Assembly: GCA_964016885.1 (NCBI GenBank)
Contig: OZ024742.1
Location: 127,534,001-127,598,000, forward strand
Direction of reading: 5' to 3'
From: Eledone cirrhosa
Taxonomy: Eukaryota
DNA length: 64,000 bases
The notes under the pieces were generated by a model. The model searched no databases. It was not told where the DNA came from and worked only from the letters and a program-made list of their open reading frames with translations. Positions 62,721 to 64,000 of this stretch are shown in pieces (within the stretch, counting starts at the first letter, position 1; each line of letters starts with the position of its first letter). Made by a program: the position numbers and the translations under genes.

Positions 62721-63654
62721 ATTATGTTGAATGGTCCTCTTAGGTATTTTCCCTCAGCTTTATTGGTTGATATTCATACCCAGTGTCATTGCACCCCACC
62801 GCTCTCTCTCATACGTTGTCTCTTTTTTTGTCTTTTCCTTCCCTAATAACTACCTGAAGTTATTAATGCACTGTGAATAGATGTATCATCTTTAATGTGT
62901 CGACACATCAGCAACACAGCAGACAACTGAAGAGGGGAATTATTTGTGTTTCCCTTACATTTCTAAACACTCTTTATTAGTAACCATACACCACCGTGTC
63001 CCTTTTAATTCTTATGTGTATATATATATGTTCTCAGCGTGAAAGGTTGCCGTAAACAGCTGAATACTATTTGCATAGTAAAACATTTTTGCGGGTTAAG
63101 ATATAACCACAAATAGAACAGAGAGTGGGAGAGAGAGAGAGTGGGAGAGAGAGAGAGTGGGAGAGAGAGAGAGAAAGTGGGAGAGAGAGAGAGAAAGAGA
63201 GTCAAAGTGGGAGAGAGAGAGAGAAAGAGAGTCAAAATATGAGATGAGAAATGAGAGGGTTATAGAGTGAGAGAAGGGAAGAAGAGGCGAGGAGAAAAAT
63301 GGGGACGAAAACGATGGAGCAGAACTTGTGGAGAAAGAGGAAGGGATGGATAGAAAGATGGAGAGAATAGACTAACAAGAAAAAGGAACTTAGCATTACC
63401 TGAATTGTCAGCTTCCCATCAATACTTTACAATACTGTAACAGTTTCTTGCATGAGGGAAGCACTATGTCTAGAAGTATTGCCTGTGCAACAGGAATCAA
63501 ATCTCTGTTGTTCAAACGCTAGACTAGAGGAATGAGAGAGCAATGGGGTACGTCCATGTCAGGCCGTAATTGGTGAAAGAAAGGTTGTTTACTGTTCAAA
63601 AGGGCGCAGCAGTAGGTGGATGCTGCTCCCTTTCGAACAGACTAATGATAAATA

Positions 63655-64000
63655 GGTGCATAGCAACTAAGCACACAGCAACAAGGTACATAGCAACTAA
63701 ACACAGATCAACTAGGCACAGATCAACTAGGCACATAGCAACTAGGCACATAGCAACTAGACACATAGCAACTAGACACATAGCAACTAAACACATAGCA
63801 ACTAGGTACACAGCAACCAGACACAGAGCAACTAGACACATAGCAACTATACACAGAGCAACTAGGTACATAGCAACTAGGTACACAGCAACTAGGTACA
63901 TAGCAACTAGGTACATAGCAATTAGGTACACAGCAACTATACACAAAGCAACTAAACACACAGCAACTAGGCACATAACAACTAAACACAGAGCAACTAG
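63655..64000. repeat. 15-bp minisatellite (TAGCAACTAGGCACA)n
   Basis: More than 20 units running to the window edge. Confidence 0.95.

Noticed and set aside
62934-62990. CTGAAGA followed by a GGGGAA/TTCCCT hairpin, hammerhead-like
   Set aside because: No GAAA core or stem III follows.
63596-63989. Cys/Val-rich repeat ORFs
   Set aside because: Translation of a 15-bp minisatellite.

Overview
AT-rich, repeat-dense eukaryotic genomic DNA. The SINE/RTE/microsatellite repertoire looks like a coleoid cephalopod, probably an octopod (inference). Four protein genes were assembled by hand from splice sites and reading phase: PNPO (+; six secure coding exons plus a likely 18-nt microexon), an intronless DHX29 (-; 1370 aa) head-to-head with RPL27 (+; four coding exons, 136 aa), and the 3' nine exons of a multi-pass amino-acid permease-like gene (-) that the ORF track misses. 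One RPL27 intron holds three copies of a candidate box H/ACA snoRNA, two of them produced by a MITE-bounded 1-kb tandem duplication. The most unusual signal is a set of type I hammerhead ribozyme motifs in Penelope-like remnants, including a non-coding 423-bp tandem unit with a hammerhead in each copy (retrozyme-like). Other elements: Tc1/mariner DD37D, hAT, Helitron, piggyBac-like MITEs, CRE, CR1 and RTE fragments (one RTE copy with a twin-priming-type inversion), plus several long inverted repeats. All family assignments come from motif recognition; no database searches were run.
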